Notes: generated by a model not told the origin, from the letters alone. 64,000 bases of DNA from Octopus sinensis (GCF_006345805.1 NW_021835991.1:310001-374000), one strand, 5' to 3'; positions 48,284-62,489 are shown, numbered from the stretch's first letter. Made by a program: numbers and translations.

Positions 48284-50454
48284 CAGGGGTCACCAAACTT
48301 TTTGCACTCGCGGGCCGGATTGACCCCAACACAATGAACGCGGGCCGGAGCACGTGCATAGGATTATAATTTTACTAGAAATTCATAAGTGTGTTTTTTA
48401 CAATAAAAACTAATTTAAACAAAAATAAAGTAAACAAAAATTTTAATGAGAGCTATGGAACTGTGATCTTTTTTTGATAAGTTCATTAATATTTGGTTTT
48501 AAATTACTGCATCCTATCATGAGAATTGATTTTAAGTGTCCGTCAGTCAATCTTGCACGATGGGCAGACTTAACATATTTCATCCTCGAAAACGTTTGCT
48601 CACATTGGTAAGTTGTGCCAAATATAGAAATCATCTTTATCGCAAAATTCTTTAGTCTCGGAAACTCATCATTCTTGAGATATTCGTAGAACTCAGCGAG
48701 TTTTGTCCGTCTGTGACAATCTTTGAGCTGTTCATTTGATTGTAAGTCAATAACTTCTAATTGTAATTCATGTTGAACATTTTCAACATTACAAGAAAAT
48801 GGATTTTCGAACAAAATTATATCGCTTTCAATTTTGTCAAGTTCAGAAAACTTATGTAAAAAATGATGTTTTAATTCTTTGATAATTCCAATTTGGAAAG
48901 TAATGTCGATCTCATTACAGTTTGCCTCACAAAAACTTTTAAAACAAGAAAAGTGTGAAAACTGACGTACTCCAAGTTGTGACTCGAATAACATCAATTT
49001 TTGTCGAAATGCTTTAATTATCCTGTAGAAATCACAAATTAAGTTTTCCTTTCCTTGTAATTTCAGATTTAGCTCATTCATGTGAGTTGTAACATCAACC
49101 AAAAATGATAATTTTGATAACCAAGCAAGATCTGATAATTCGGGATAATAGTTATTTTTACTGGTTAGAAAAATATCAATCTCACTTCGGAGTTTATAAA
49201 ATCTATTTAATACATTACCACAGCTAAGCCATCTAACTGCAGTGTAATATGGTAAGTCAAAATATTCAGATCCAAAATCGTCAAGTAAAACTTTAAACTG
49301 ACGGTGATTAAGTGAGCTCCCTCGAACAAAGTTTATTATGCGAATAACTGGATTCAACACACATGAAATATTAAGAGCCTTCGCACATAGTGCGTGCTGA
49401 TGAAGGATGCAATGAATGAACAAAGTGTTTGAAATATGTAATTCCTCCAATTTATTAGTTATTTGCCCAACTAGACCCTTTTTAGAACCAGCCATATTCT
49501 TTGCCCCGTCAATCGTAACACAACTCAGTTTCTCCCATTCAAGGTTATAGTCACTTATAGTTTGTTCCAATTCATCAAAAATATCTTTTCCAGTGGTTGT
49601 TCCATGAATAGAACAAACAGATGCCAGTTCTTCAGTTATGGAAATATTCTCATCAACTCCACAATAAAAATAAGAAGTTGCGATGTTCCTGAAATGTCAA
49701 CTGACTCATCCAATGCAAGAGAATACCACAACATATTACTTGTCTTTTCACAAATTTGTAAATATATATTTTTCCAAGCTCTTCAGTTCTCCGTGATACA
49801 GAACTCGCCGACAAACTTATTCCATCAAATAAGGAAGAATTTAGTGGGCACAAACAATTAACTGCTTCAATAATGCAATTTTTGATATACATCCCATCAC
49901 TAAAGGGTTTCCCGTGTTGTGAAATAATTTTCGTTATCTCGTATCCAGCTCTTGTTACATTTTCATTATTTTCAAATTTTTTTTTTATAAGGCCTTGTTG
50001 AATTTGTAAAGTGCGTTTCAGTGATTCAACTTTATCCTCACGTAGCTTTCCAGTGTACTTGGAATATATCGGAGCATGATTCGTTTCATAATGACGTCGA
50101 ATGTTATACTCCTTCATAACAGAAAGATGTTCGTGGCATATTAAACAATAAGCTTTCTGCTTTAATTCATCTTTCGCAAAAAAATACTTCAATTCCCATA
50201 ATTTATTGAATACACGGCATTCGCGGTCAACCTTTCTTTTCATATTAGACATAGCAACAAAGAAAAATTTAAAGTTAATGCTGATAAGTTTTTTTTCGAA
50301 TTAAATCTTGCAAAATAGTTTAATTTTTTAATTAAAGTTTTTATTTAAGTTAATTATTAAGGTATTAATTGAATATCTCGAAATAGTGCGCGGGCCGGAT
50401 AAAATGTTGTCGCGGGCCGGATCCGGCCCGCGGGCCGTAGTTTGGTGACGTCTG
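48284..50454 (-). mobile_element. hAT transposon, GTF2IRD2/SPIN-like (Buster group), near full length
   Basis: TIRs CAGGGGTCACCAAAC and GTTTGGTGACGTCTG, subterminal CGCGGGCCGG repeats, flanks ATCTAGAT and GTCTAAAT. Confidence 0.92.
48443..50252 (-). CDS. hAT transposase (BED finger, DDE core, dimerization domain), frameshift near 49770
   Basis: KRKVDRECRVFN..CLIC..KEYNIRRHYETNH, ALDESVD in the shifted frame, TIDGAKNM, HCILHQHALC, VRWLS, FGTTYQCEQTFSRMK. Confidence 0.9.
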
Positions 50455-50529
50455 GTCTAAATAGACAAAGTTTTTTGAAATAATAAAAAATGTAATAAGT
50501 ATTAGGCAACAACGATTATGTAATAGCAT

Positions 50530-50665
50530 TTTAATATAAATAGAAGAGACGAATCAGGTTCGAACAACCATACCGAGATCCAGTTAACTATTGGTCACCG
50601 AGCGGATGGACAAGCAATTTCCATGCAATATCGAGAACGATATCCGTCGAAAAGAACCAACCTCT
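50530..50665 (-). mobile_element. short CRE 3' fragment
   Basis: FRRISFSILHGNCLSIRSV*-like tail on the minus strand. Confidence 0.6.
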
Positions 50666-51827
50666 AGGAGTAGTTTGAATAATCCTTTATAAATCTTTTA
50701 TAAATTATATGTTTATATAAATTTTATTATTATTGATTACATGTGTATTATTGATGCGTTTGTTGGAATTAATCATGTTTATTATTTAATTCGCACTAAT
50801 TTTTTATGTAAATGGCTTTAAAAGGAATAATCTGAGATGTAATTTTTTAATGCTTACATTATCTGGAAATTCATCATTTGTATTTTTTTAGTTTATTCCT
50901 ATAATCTGTTTATATATTAAAATTTTCGGTTTTGCGAATTGGTTTGTTTATCGCAGGGGTGGCCAACCTTCTTCACCGGCGAGCTACTTTTCATATTGCG
51001 ATTTTTTGGCGATCGACTTATATATTTTATCGCCGCTTTCTTGCACTGTTTTTTGATTTAGGGAAACTATAAAAAGTAATCAAATTTGGGGATCACCAAC
51101 CAACATTGATTTGCTTGATAAATGGTCTCTTTATCCAAATGTTGATCAGTTCGAGATTGATAGAAGACTCGTGGTTGATCTAACATATAAATCAATTTAT
51201 TTTGTTAAATGCATGAATAGATAGGCTGAAATGGAATAAAATTCATTGGATATTCATATGAATTATACGCGTTTCTGCGTGTGGAATTTGTTGTATCTCC
51301 AGATTCACCTTTAAAATACGTTTCTATCACTGATACGGTGTGATTGTAGTTATTAGCCATGCATAGAGGCATGTATGTATCTCTTATTTACAGTAACTGA
51401 TTATTTTAAAATTCAAAAAAGTCAAACCGAGAGTATTTTGACGATGTAGTATGTGCTACAGTTATCGACATATAAATTCCATTTAACCTCGAACATTCGT
51501 CATCCAGTCAAGTAGCCTTTGGTGATTTCAGTGAGCTGGTGGTTCTGAAGTAACTGTCATGAATACATCACGACAATATTTTTCAGTACTCATTTCAATA
51601 CTGTCGAATATTCCGTTTACTTCGATGAATCTTTTGGAGATTATTCCTTTGACTTTTGTTTGGGTCTGGTCAAAAATGAGGAATACGAGTCTAAAAATGT
51701 GATTTGATAAATATGATTCTACTTTTACCCACAGATATAAGGTCATCAAGTGTTGCCCCGACTTTTCTCTTTCTTCGGAAGAGTGGGTTTTTTTCGAGCT
51801 TTATAAAACCGAAGTAGCTGGAAAAAA

Positions 51828-53110
51828 GAAAGTACAATAATAGAAGATCTATTATTCTGCAAACCATTTCCTGGAAGGAGCACGGCCAATGAAATTTTTA
51901 ATATAATTGATACTTTTTTGAAGAAAATAACATAGAATGGAGCACAGTCAATGTCAGGAAATAAATCTGGTCTTCAAGCTCTTGTAAAAAACAGAGCACC
52001 AGAAATTATCTGGACGCACTGCATGCTGCACAGATCAGCACTTGTCTCAAAGAATATGAGTCCAGAACTGAACGATATTTTTGCGCAAATTACAAAAGTT
52101 ATAAACTACATAAAACACAGTCCTTTAAGAGCTAAGCTTTTTGCAAAGCTGTGTGAAGATATGGATTCAAAATATACATCGCTTTTATACTATTGTGAGG
52201 TACGCTGGCTATCTCGTGCAAAAGTGATTAGAAGGGTGTTTGAACTCAAAGATCAAGTTGCAGATTTTCTTGATGAAAATGATATTGAAGATGCAAAGTT
52301 GTTCAGGGATGATGACTTTATTGTCAAATTTGCCTATTTAGTTGACATTTTTGGGAAATTGAGTATATTGAATAAATCAATGCAGGGACCACAACTACAT
52401 TTATTCTCTCAAAAGGACAAAATAAAAGCATTTATGAAAAAATTGGTATTATGGAAATCAAATATACAAAAAATATCTATGACATGTTTCCACTTTTAAA
52501 CACCTTTTGCGCCATAGTGAACATTGAAGCAAACAAAGACATATTTGCTGAACATTTGGATTGTTTGTTGAAGCATTTTGCTCACTATTTTAAAGATCTC
52601 GACTGTAAAATGTTCGAATGGATACAGAATCCATTTATTGATGAAGAAGATAATCAATTTGCATTGACAACTTTTGAAAAAGAAAAATTGATAGAATTGT
52701 CATGCGATACATTATTGAAACAAAAATTTGAGAGAGAACCGCTAATTTCTTTTTGGTTGAATGTAAGAACGGAATATGAAATTTTGTCGAATAAAGCAAT
52801 GAAAGTTTTGTTGCCATTTGCTACTTCATATTTATGCGAAACTGGATTTTCTGCACTAGCTGCAAATAAATCTAAATATCGAACTCGTTTAGTAGTGACT
52901 AATGAGCTAAGAGTAGCACTCTCTGCGATGACACCAAGATTTGAAAAACTTTGCGCCAAGATGGAAAAAAAATTATCTCATTAACTTTTTGTTTTAAAAA
53001 ATTGTTTTTGATAAAATAATAATTGTATTATATTATGGAATATAAAGGGAGGCGCAAGATTGTACTTTTTCTCTAAGGGAGGCGCGTAAAAAAAAGCTTG
53101 GAAACCTCTG
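51828..53110 (+). mobile_element. 3' part of a hAT Buster/Charlie (ZBED5/ZBED8-like) element with right TIR
   Basis: HCMLHRSAL, EVRWLSRAKV, LLPFATSYLCETGFS..KSKYR. Ends AAAGCTTGGAAACCTCTG, followed by ATCTAGAG. Confidence 0.9.
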
Positions 53111-53951
53111 ATCTAGAGTCTAGAATCTAGACTCTAGATTAATGATCCAAAATAGTATTTGATGAGGTTTCTTGTCTGGATTGGTAGAATTTACACCTGT
53201 TCAGATATTCCCACACCAAGTTGTAAAGAGTATGTTCAATAATAAGTTTTTTTTAATTAATATCTTTTTTGAGGCAACTACACCGTTGACCCGCCATGTT
53301 TCGACATCTTTCCGCGTTATATTCCATTAAGAAAGCTGACTCATCTAACAAGTCAACTGATAGTCGCAGCTTATTTCATTTAGCGATAAGAGATTTGTTT
53401 CCCTGACATTTGATCACAAAAATTATCGATTTCATGCCAAGCAGATGTTTTGGATGTCTTAATTTTAATACATAATTTATTGAATTCGGCAAATTTGCCA
53501 TTTTATGTCAATACAGTGGAAGTTGTGACTGTTGCTTTATAACAACTATTTTTAATAACAATTAAGCCTAATAAATATCACTAACGACCATGTCAAATTC
53601 TGTTATAGACAAATACTAATTATTGGATAAACATATTTCGACTGGGGTTTGAAATGCTTATTTTAGAGCCGGTGTAAAATAAAAGAAATGAAAGAGAATA
53701 GGGATTTTGACATTCTGATGAAATACCATGACAGAAAATCGCTTCTTGTGTAATAATTATGTCACATCCCTTGGTTAGTGGGAACTACCTAGTCAGACAC
53801 TTTATTCTCACTATGTCATATCTTGCCTTCAATCAAAAGTCTACGACTCAAAGGAAGATTATCAAAAATTCTCTATTTTTCAATTTTCTTTACAAAATAA
53901 CTTTCGAATTAGTAAATTGATTTATTGATACAACTTTCATTTTATATAATA

Positions 53952-55824
53952 CAGTACGACCCCGGTTTGGGGCAGACCCCATGGGTGGGGCACCCTCGGG
54001 TTTTGGGGCACCCCCGCTTTTAGGGGCAGTTTTTGAAAACAGTAAATTTTTCATTCTATTATTTATTTTTGATGACCCCGGTTTGGGGCACTTATTTAAT
54101 TTATTTAATTACAAAATGTTAGTTTATTTATTAATTATTAATTAATACTATTATTTCACGTGTTTATTTTGACTTTAGTATGGTTCGTAAAAAGAATTCA
54201 AAGATTAATTATGAAACAAAAATTAAAATCGCTAAAGATATAAAACATGGTCAATTTTCAGAAAGAGATCTTGCTAAAAAGTATAAAACGAGCAAAGTAT
54301 CTTTTTTTAACTAATTATTAATTACAGGTACTATTTCTCGCATTAAACAAAATTTTGTTTATTATTTTGACGCGGGATTAACTGAATCCGATAGAATCAA
54401 GGAATCACATGATCCAAATATGAATTAGATAGATTAGTTTTTTGAAACTTTTCTACGTCTGAGAGATGAATTTCTTCCAATTTCTGGAACTATCTTAAAA
54501 CTGATTGCAAAAAAATTATCTAAAAAGATAAATTATGAATCATTTAAGGCATCAAATGGATGGCTAGACCGGTTCAAGAAAGACACGAGTTGCTATTTAA
54601 AACTATAAGTGGAGAAAAGAATTCATCTGACCTTTCTACGGTTTCCAATTTTTTTTGCTGATTATGACACTGTTTGGAAACTGTAGGAAGTGAAAATATT
54701 TTTAACTGTGATGAAACAGCTTTATACATAAAGCGAACGCCGTCGAAATCTTTTGTTCAATTTAATGACAAATGCAATGGAATTAAAATGAGCAAAGAGA
54801 AGTTACCCTTCTCCTTTGTTGTAATGCACTTGGTGAAAAGTTAAAACCTCTATTAATTGGAAAATTCAAATCTCCTAGGTGTTTAAAAATTTTAACGCTG
54901 AGGATCACGGAGTACTATATGCTGCATCAAAAAATTCGTGGATGACTAGTGATATTTTTTGGGAAATGGTTATGGAAAGTAAATCAAGATATGATCAATG
55001 AAAAGAGAAAAATTGTCTTAATACTGGATAATGCGAGCTGTCACAGAAATACAGAATATTCCAATGTTTATTTACTTTTTCTTCCCAAAAATACGACCGC
55101 TTTAATTCAACCCCTAGATATGGGAATAATAAAATCCTTCAAGTCCCTCTATTTCAATAAACTGATTGATTTTACTCTTATATTTGAAAAAGACAGCTTT
55201 CTGATTTGAATTTGAATAATGTCAATCTTAGACAAGTCATTACAGTTGTCGGGGAGGCATGGAAAATGATGTCAGAGACAACGATAATTAATTGCTGGCA
55301 GAAAAAAATGAAAACAGATCAAAAATTTCGGATAATGTACAGTTGGACGAAGAATTAATAGATGACGCGATTTCAGATGTTATTTTCAATGGATTCGACA
55401 GATATTATTGAGGACAAAATTACTTATGATGGATATGAATCTAAAAAATCATCATTAAAGAAATCATAACATCGTGAATTCTCTAGAAGATAATATTTTC
55501 AGTACATGTCCACAATTTTTGAAAATCTACTACGAATTTAGAAAAAACCTATCAGGAGAACTGAAAAAAAACCAATTCGGTGGAGAAAATTACTGATTAC
55601 TTTTAATAGTATTTTTGTTGGATTTATTAAAATTTTTTAATTTTATTAAGAAAGGACTATGTTAGAATTTTTATTAATATTAAATAATTTTAATTTATAG
55701 TCTAAATGCAATAAAAATCTATTGAGGAGAAATAAAAGCAAAAAATCTTTACCCTCGCATTTTGGGGCACCCCCGCTTTTGGGGCACTATGATAAAAATG
55801 CTGCCCCAAACCGGGGTCGTACTG
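53952..55824 (+). mobile_element. full-length pogo/Tigger element (transposase ~54180-55606 with many frameshifts and one micro-intron)
   Basis: Perfect 24-bp TIR CAGTACGACCCCGGTTTGGGGCAG with TA flanks. Motifs FKASNGWLDRFK, IFNCDETAL, LILDNASCH, FLPKNTTALIQPLDMGII, terminal KITDYF*. Confidence 0.93.
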
Positions 55825-56539
55825 TATATAACAAATTAGGTCAAGAGAAAATCGTCATTGGCAGATACCCAGAGTATTGCCTCTGACTATGGCTATAGAT
55901 ATTCGTTCGATTAAATACCGGTGCTCACACGGGTCGCCGGTAACCCTTTCGATTAATGAGGCAATGCGTTGGAGTAGGGTCCGAGTAGAAGGCCCCTGTA
56001 TTCCTGACGTCTCAACAGCAGGGGGACAAACATTCCCAATTCCAGCGTATTTCTCAGCTTTTCTCTTTACAGCCCGTTCAGACGGGCTCCAGGATTCTCG
56101 ATGCATAATTTGATATTCTGATTGGAAAAGGAGTTCACACACATGACGTCCCAAACCAGACACTTTCTCCTCTGAAATGGAAATATAGTCATCCCATCGG
56201 GTTTTCTGCCGTCCTCTACGAAAATCCCTGCAGGTTCCAATTGTGTGTGGATCCAGCAGTTCGAAGAGATCGACAGATGATCTGGTTCAGTTCGGAATGC
56301 CGTGAGGACCGTCCAATTCCGTTTCGACATGAGAGGGAGTGATATCCAAACTCGTCAGTCCACACGCCGCACCGGCATTGGTGTTTTGCATAAACGCGTA
56401 GACCGAGGCGCAGACAAACTCCAATTCTTACGGCTTCATCATTAAGAAGGCAGCCAGTTGTTTTTAATTTTTAAATTTATTTTATCATTTGTAAATAAAA
56501 AATATTTATAATTAATTGAATGTTCATTAGCAACTGAAA

Positions 56540-58070
56540 ATGAAAATTGGTCCTGGTCCACTCGACTCGATTAAAAAACTCAAATTAAAATTAAGTTTAC
56601 CAGGCGACAATTGGCAAACATATAATATAATTGGGAGGAACAAAGTGATAATGGACTTGTCAAAAGCCGAATTAGACACAATTTGTGCATTTGGTTATAC
56701 AAAAGCTCTAAAAACTGTCGACATTTCAAATTGTGAATTACAGACATTTCCACCCAGGTTCTGAATTTCAACAATATAAAAAAAATTTTACTCGACAAAA
56801 ATTACATCGAGTCAATTCCCGCGGAGATTGCATCTATGGAACACCTCAAAATTCTATCACTGGATAACAACAATTAACTGAAATTACTCATTTCTTTGAC
56901 GGAAATTAAGTCAATCGATGAACTTTCATTTCGAAACAACAAAATATCAAAAATCGAATGTTCCTCGCCATGTAAATTAAAATATCTTGACTTGGATAAA
57001 AATGAATTTAAACATTTTCCATTTGAAGTCATTTTATGGATAATGTTTGTAGATTTAAAATTGTCATGCTTGGAGTATTTTTTATTTCAATAATCCACTT
57101 GGAACCGGAATTCCTGACGACATTTCAGAATTGAAAAATTTGAAAGTTTGATTATTTTTTATGTTTAAAAGATTCTTGATATATCATCTTGTTCTCTAGA
57201 CAAAATTCCGATTGGGATTTGTTCTCTTTTTCACTTGGAAACTCTCGTCGCGTCTTGCAACAACATCACTGAACTACCAAAAGAATTTGAAAAAATGAAA
57301 ATTTAAAAGTTTTTTCTATTTAATCAATCAAAGTCATTTGACATAAGTGTAAATAAATTGACAGAATTAAGCCAGGCCACGTCAAATGTGCTTTCTCTCA
57401 AAATTAGCAAAATTATTCAATGGACTTGAACGGACTTTTATTTTATCAAAAATACTCGTTTTGGACATCAGTGGAATACATATTTCTGAAAATATAAACA
57501 AATTGAAATTTTTAAAGCAACTACGTGAACTTTACATGAGAAATTGTTGTATAAATTCATTGGAATTTGTAGCAGAAATATCTATACATTTATTAGTTCT
57601 TGATTGTAGTGAGAATTTAATTGAGAAGCTTCCATTTCAGCTTGCAAACCTTTCAAATCTTCAAATATTGAATCTCAATAAAAACAAAATCGAAAATTGT
57701 GCAGTTCAATTGCCAGAATCTCTAATAGAATTACATTTAAAACTCAAATAGAATTACAAATCCCCCAATTTTGACATCCACTCTTGAAAAGTGGATTTGA
57801 GCAAAACAAATTTTTGCTTAAATACATGCATTAAAAAAACATCTAATTTGAAGGTAAAATATTTTTTTATTAAATTTATGCTAGGTTTTAAATATAAGTG
57901 AAAATAAATTGACAGAGTTGCCAGACAAGATTGGCTTTTTTAAATTTTTAAAGGAATTATATTTTGATGATAATCCGATTTCCTGGCCTTCTGAAAATGT
58001 GCTGTTTTGCAAAGATATTAAAAAAATTAAAAATATCTGACCACATTTAAACTTAAAAATTAAAATTTTT
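56540..58070 (+). CDS. leucine-rich repeat protein (micro-introns; frameshifts probably artefactual)
   Basis: Repeated LxxLxLxxN: LKTVDISNCEL, LKILSLDNN, LKYLDLDKNEF, LRELYMRNC, LQILNLNKNKI. 3' end approximate. Confidence 0.8.
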
Positions 58071-58211
58071 ATTAGTAATGATCGATTTAACGTAGTCAAT
58101 TATGTTTGCGTTCAGTGTAAGTTTGAAATGAATATTTATATTGGATTTTGAATAATTGGTAAATGTTAGTTTTGGTTGATCTTGGACATGAAATAAGCTG
58201 TCTATTTAAGT

Positions 58212-58590
58212 AGTTTTAGAAAACAAAATTATCAACACAAATAAAATCTGTTTTTTATTCATTTAAAAATATAACATCTAACACTCCTAAACATCATTTC
58301 AGTATGTTTCTTGAAACGTAGTAATGAGGAATAGGTCCAATATCATCTTTATTATAAAAAACTTAGACAGGTTCGTATGTTTAGGTATCAAAGATGATTT
58401 TTAGTTTTAGAAAACAAAAATTATCAACACAAATAAAATCTTTTTTTTATTCATTAAAAATATAAACATCTAACACTCCTAAACATCATTTCAGTATGTT
58501 TCTTGAAACGTAGTAATGAGGAATAGGTCCAATATCATCTTTATTATAAAAACTTAGACAGGTTCGTATGTTTAGGTAATCAAAGATGAT
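58212..58590 (+). repeat. ~190-bp local tandem duplication, present only in copy B
   Basis: AGTTTTAGAAAACAAAA..CAAAGATGATTTT occurs twice here and once at ~33047-33240. Confidence 0.8.
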
Positions 58591-61500
58591 TTTGGATAGA
58601 GGCTGCTAGTCTGACTGGGGTCCAAAGATGAGGCCTTTTTAGTGATCACTGAGAGAGTCGTCATTTTGAATCAGATATAAAGACTAAATTTAATTTTTAG
58701 TATTTAATCAAAATGATTTTTTCGCAATCAATTCAAATTAACGTTATGATTTCCACAATAAATCAAATTAAACGTTATGACATTTTCACAATAAATCACC
58801 TAACGTTATGAGCATAATTTAAAGGCGTTGTCGTCATGTGGTTTTTGGACGGTTGTTACAACTCTAGAGGCGCAAGATTGCTCCTAAAGCATTCGAGAAA
58901 AGAACCATTCATTCTTTCCAGCTGGAATTATCCAGACAACAATCCCGGAGACTTGAACGCAAAGCATCTGACTTGGCTTAAATACCAACGGGCAGACTCA
59001 AGAGAGGCTGCTCTATTGGAACAACTCTATGCCATGTCTTTCCTTAAAATCCGAAGCCTACACTAGGAACACTTATAAGGATTTACCGAACGCTTAAACC
59101 ATAATCCGGACATTACACTATCCTCAACTAACTTATCCCAGCCATTTTTCATGGACAGTAGACTACGATCTTAATTCAAATCACAAATCCAATCATCATC
59201 AGGATCAAGAAAGCCTTTCTAAATGAACAAAACTATTTTTATCTATTACAAGAGGCAAACTGGGAGAGATATGCTAACTTCACCGACCGCAATGCTGCAA
59301 AAACTTTGATATTAAAGTTCAAATTAATCGACGGAGCTGTCAACGTCCATGCATAGAGGAGGCGATCTGCTGGTAGAATAGAAAACTATTTATTCAAAAT
59401 GCACTTACCCATCACTTCGACAAAAATCTCGACCAGGAGACAAAAATCCTCATCGGGAAAAGAAACTTCAATTAAAAGAATTTATTTATATTCCGGGAAA
59501 GAAAAAAATAAGAACCTCACGATTCCATTGCTAAGAAACTCAAAGCATCCCAAGAAGAAGATAGGAAAAGCAAATCAAAACGCTGAAAGGAAAAACTGCC
59601 CCATGCACGTGGAACCTCTCAAAAAGTTCAGACTGCCAACCATTGCACAGACTCAGAAGAAAAGTCAACCTGAATTGAGTATTAACTCATGAATTCTACG
59701 CCGGAATCAGCCAACAAGAATCATCTAAAGATAAACTCATATTATGTAACAATAAACCAAAGAAATCAAACACACCCACCCATATATCCCATGCTGAGGT
59801 TGCAGCGGTGATTAACGTAAAAACAAATCATTCCATATCCTGTGGATAGACTTGATTCCAACAATTTTGCTAAAGCAACCTTGGTCCCATCGGAATTGAT
59901 GTCAGTGACAAACATTTCAACTATTCTGTTAACCAGAATCAAATACCACAAATATGGAAAAATTCTCTTATATGTCCAATTCTCAAGCCGGGCCGACCGA
60001 AGAACGTCCCCTCCTCCTATATACTCATCTCACTTTATCTCAATTGCAAAAGATTTTGAAAAAATTCTCAATTGATCACCCCTTATAACTACATCCAACA
60101 TGAGTAATTTCTTTACCTCGACAAATCTTAACATATTAACCAGTTTATAATGGAAGCTTATCTCAAATCAACGCAAAAATATTGGCCTATCCATCGACTC
60201 GAACATGAAACTTTGGCTTTTGAATTTCCTCAGCGGAAGGAGAGGGCGTGTATGCCTGAATGGAATCAAATCAATCTCAAGATTGCTTCCAAATGCGTTC
60301 CCCCAGGCTCCTCCTCTTTCCTGCTCTATTCAATTTATACCTATCCGACATTCCTAACCTGAAATGGAAGACTCAATCATTCTCGCCTACGCCGACGACC
60401 TACTATTGGATCACGTGATCAAGACCTCTCGAAAGCTTCCAAAAGAACACAGATCTCTTATTACAAATTAGAACTGGCTATATTAAACAGGATGGACATC
60501 TCCCAGAAAAATCGTCACTACCCTATTTACGTCGGACAAGAGACTCGGAGGCCGTACTGTTGATAGGGAAAAGCTGAGAATGATCTTGAGGATTGTCGGA
60601 ATCAGCTAATTAATTACCCTAATTAACTATTGGTGATTCTTGGGTTAAAAATAAATAAGTTTCTAATATTCGATTAGTGGTAAGGTGACTTAAGACTTCA
60701 AAACAAAAAATAATTCCAAATTTAGCTAATTTAAATTAGTTGCCGAGCGGATGGAATGGCAATTTCCACGAAATATCGTGAACGATATCCGCTGAAAAAG
60801 CCAGCTCGTTTCACGATTGTCATGACTCTTCCTAGAGATTGCTGAATTAATTTCTGAGCTATTTGAGCGCTTTGGGTCCAATTCCCCACTGGTCTCGAAA
60901 GCCGAGGGATGAAGCAGGAGGTATCGGTCTACGAGGCATATTTTGCAGTTTCCTAGATTCGGCAAGGCCAAATGCAGATTCAGGACGGGAAGCATCACCT
61001 CTTTTGACGACCTGTTATTCTCGGATCCCCGATCAGTGGGAAGGGTACTAGGAAGGCTCTCAATAACAAGGAAGAGAAGATAAAAGTCCTCATTTTGCGT
61101 ATCTGCAAACTCTAATCACACCTGAAGCTTTTCTACTCAAAAATATCTCATATTCGAAACGTACTTTTTCGTGCGCTCAAAGCCCTGCTTCTCGAGCAGG
61201 AACACTTATCTCGCTTGATAATCTGGTTTTGAAAACTCTTGAGTCATTTAAACATCATGTTCAAATCCGATGATATACTGTGTGTTAATTTACCGAGTCG
61301 TTATGGGGCATCCGCTCTTGCAGAGATTTATCCCTCCTATGTTATCCATCATCGTTGTCAAGTTTGACTAATTTCGTCATCTCTGTTTTCTTTCCCTCTT
61401 CTGAACAGTGCCAGTTGTTGGAATATGTGGCTGGTGTCAACGAGTGGGTTTCTAGGGGGCTTAAAATCTCGGATACTCCATTTGTTTAAAGGAACTGGGA

Positions 61501-62489
61501 TAAAATATATTGCTTGCACATATCGAAGATATCCGCCTACATAAAGACCTGTTTCAGTTGGCAAGTATTAATTTTGCTTGTCAGCTACATTCGGCCGATT
61601 GGCTTAATGAGTTACCGATCTCGTCAGTCGTTATGCTCCTGGACAACGAATCAGACCGCATTGGAATTTGTCCTTGGCATTGAGATTCGCGAGCCGCATC
61701 ATTGTAGATGTGGAACTCATCGACAGGAGGAGGCATACCCTCTCTTTTGTCGCGTTAGAGCTGGTAGGATCCCCAGACACGCCCCATTAAATGATGTTGT
61801 GAAACGTGTGCTTAACGCCTCTGGATTCCCCTCAAATTAGAACCCGTTGGACTGGACCTCTGGGACAGAAACGCCTTGATGGGTCGACTTTATTCCTGTT
61901 AAGGGAGTTAAATTTTTGAAATAATTAAAGTTTCAAAATTTATTTAAATTTCTGTCTTTTCAATGGATATCATGCTCGCCTGTCCATCCGCTCGGCGACT
62001 AATTTAAATTAGCGAACAGTTTTTTCATTTCTTCTTTACCCATAATATATTAATGGTTTTTTTGTTAGTTTGGGTGATAGTGTAATTAAAAATTTTAAAT
62101 ATTCGACAAAATTTTTATTTTTTGGTTTAAAATAATTTTTTTGTACTATTTTTGAAATTAAAACTTTAACAGTTAAAAACAAAAATCAAAATAAAATTAT
62201 CATGACCATACTCAGAGGTCAGAAATCTTTTTGTGGCAAAGAGCTTTAAACATAGAAAATATACAATAATTAATGCGACGGTTGTCCATGTATATCTCAT
62301 TTGGCAGTTTTATTAAATCGGGAATGTAGTTAGTCATTTTTAATTTTACACAAGAATTGAGATCTTCCTCGGTTAGCTGACTCTTCAATTTTTATTTTAT
62401 TGAATTCATTTCTGACAATGACTTTTCACAAATATATTTTGATCCAAATATTGTTATAATTCCAACTCTGGATATTTAATTCCTTTGGT

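Larger units (their letters stand above)
43300..62178 (+). repeat. segmental duplication, copy B
   Basis: Collinear with 19842-36858, with different TE content and a higher indel rate distally. Confidence 0.9.

Noticed and set aside
53300-61900. Dense frameshifts in Tigger, LRR and LINE copies as programmed frameshifting or editing
   Set aside because: Mostly homopolymer indels relative to copy A; best explained by low-quality long-read consensus.
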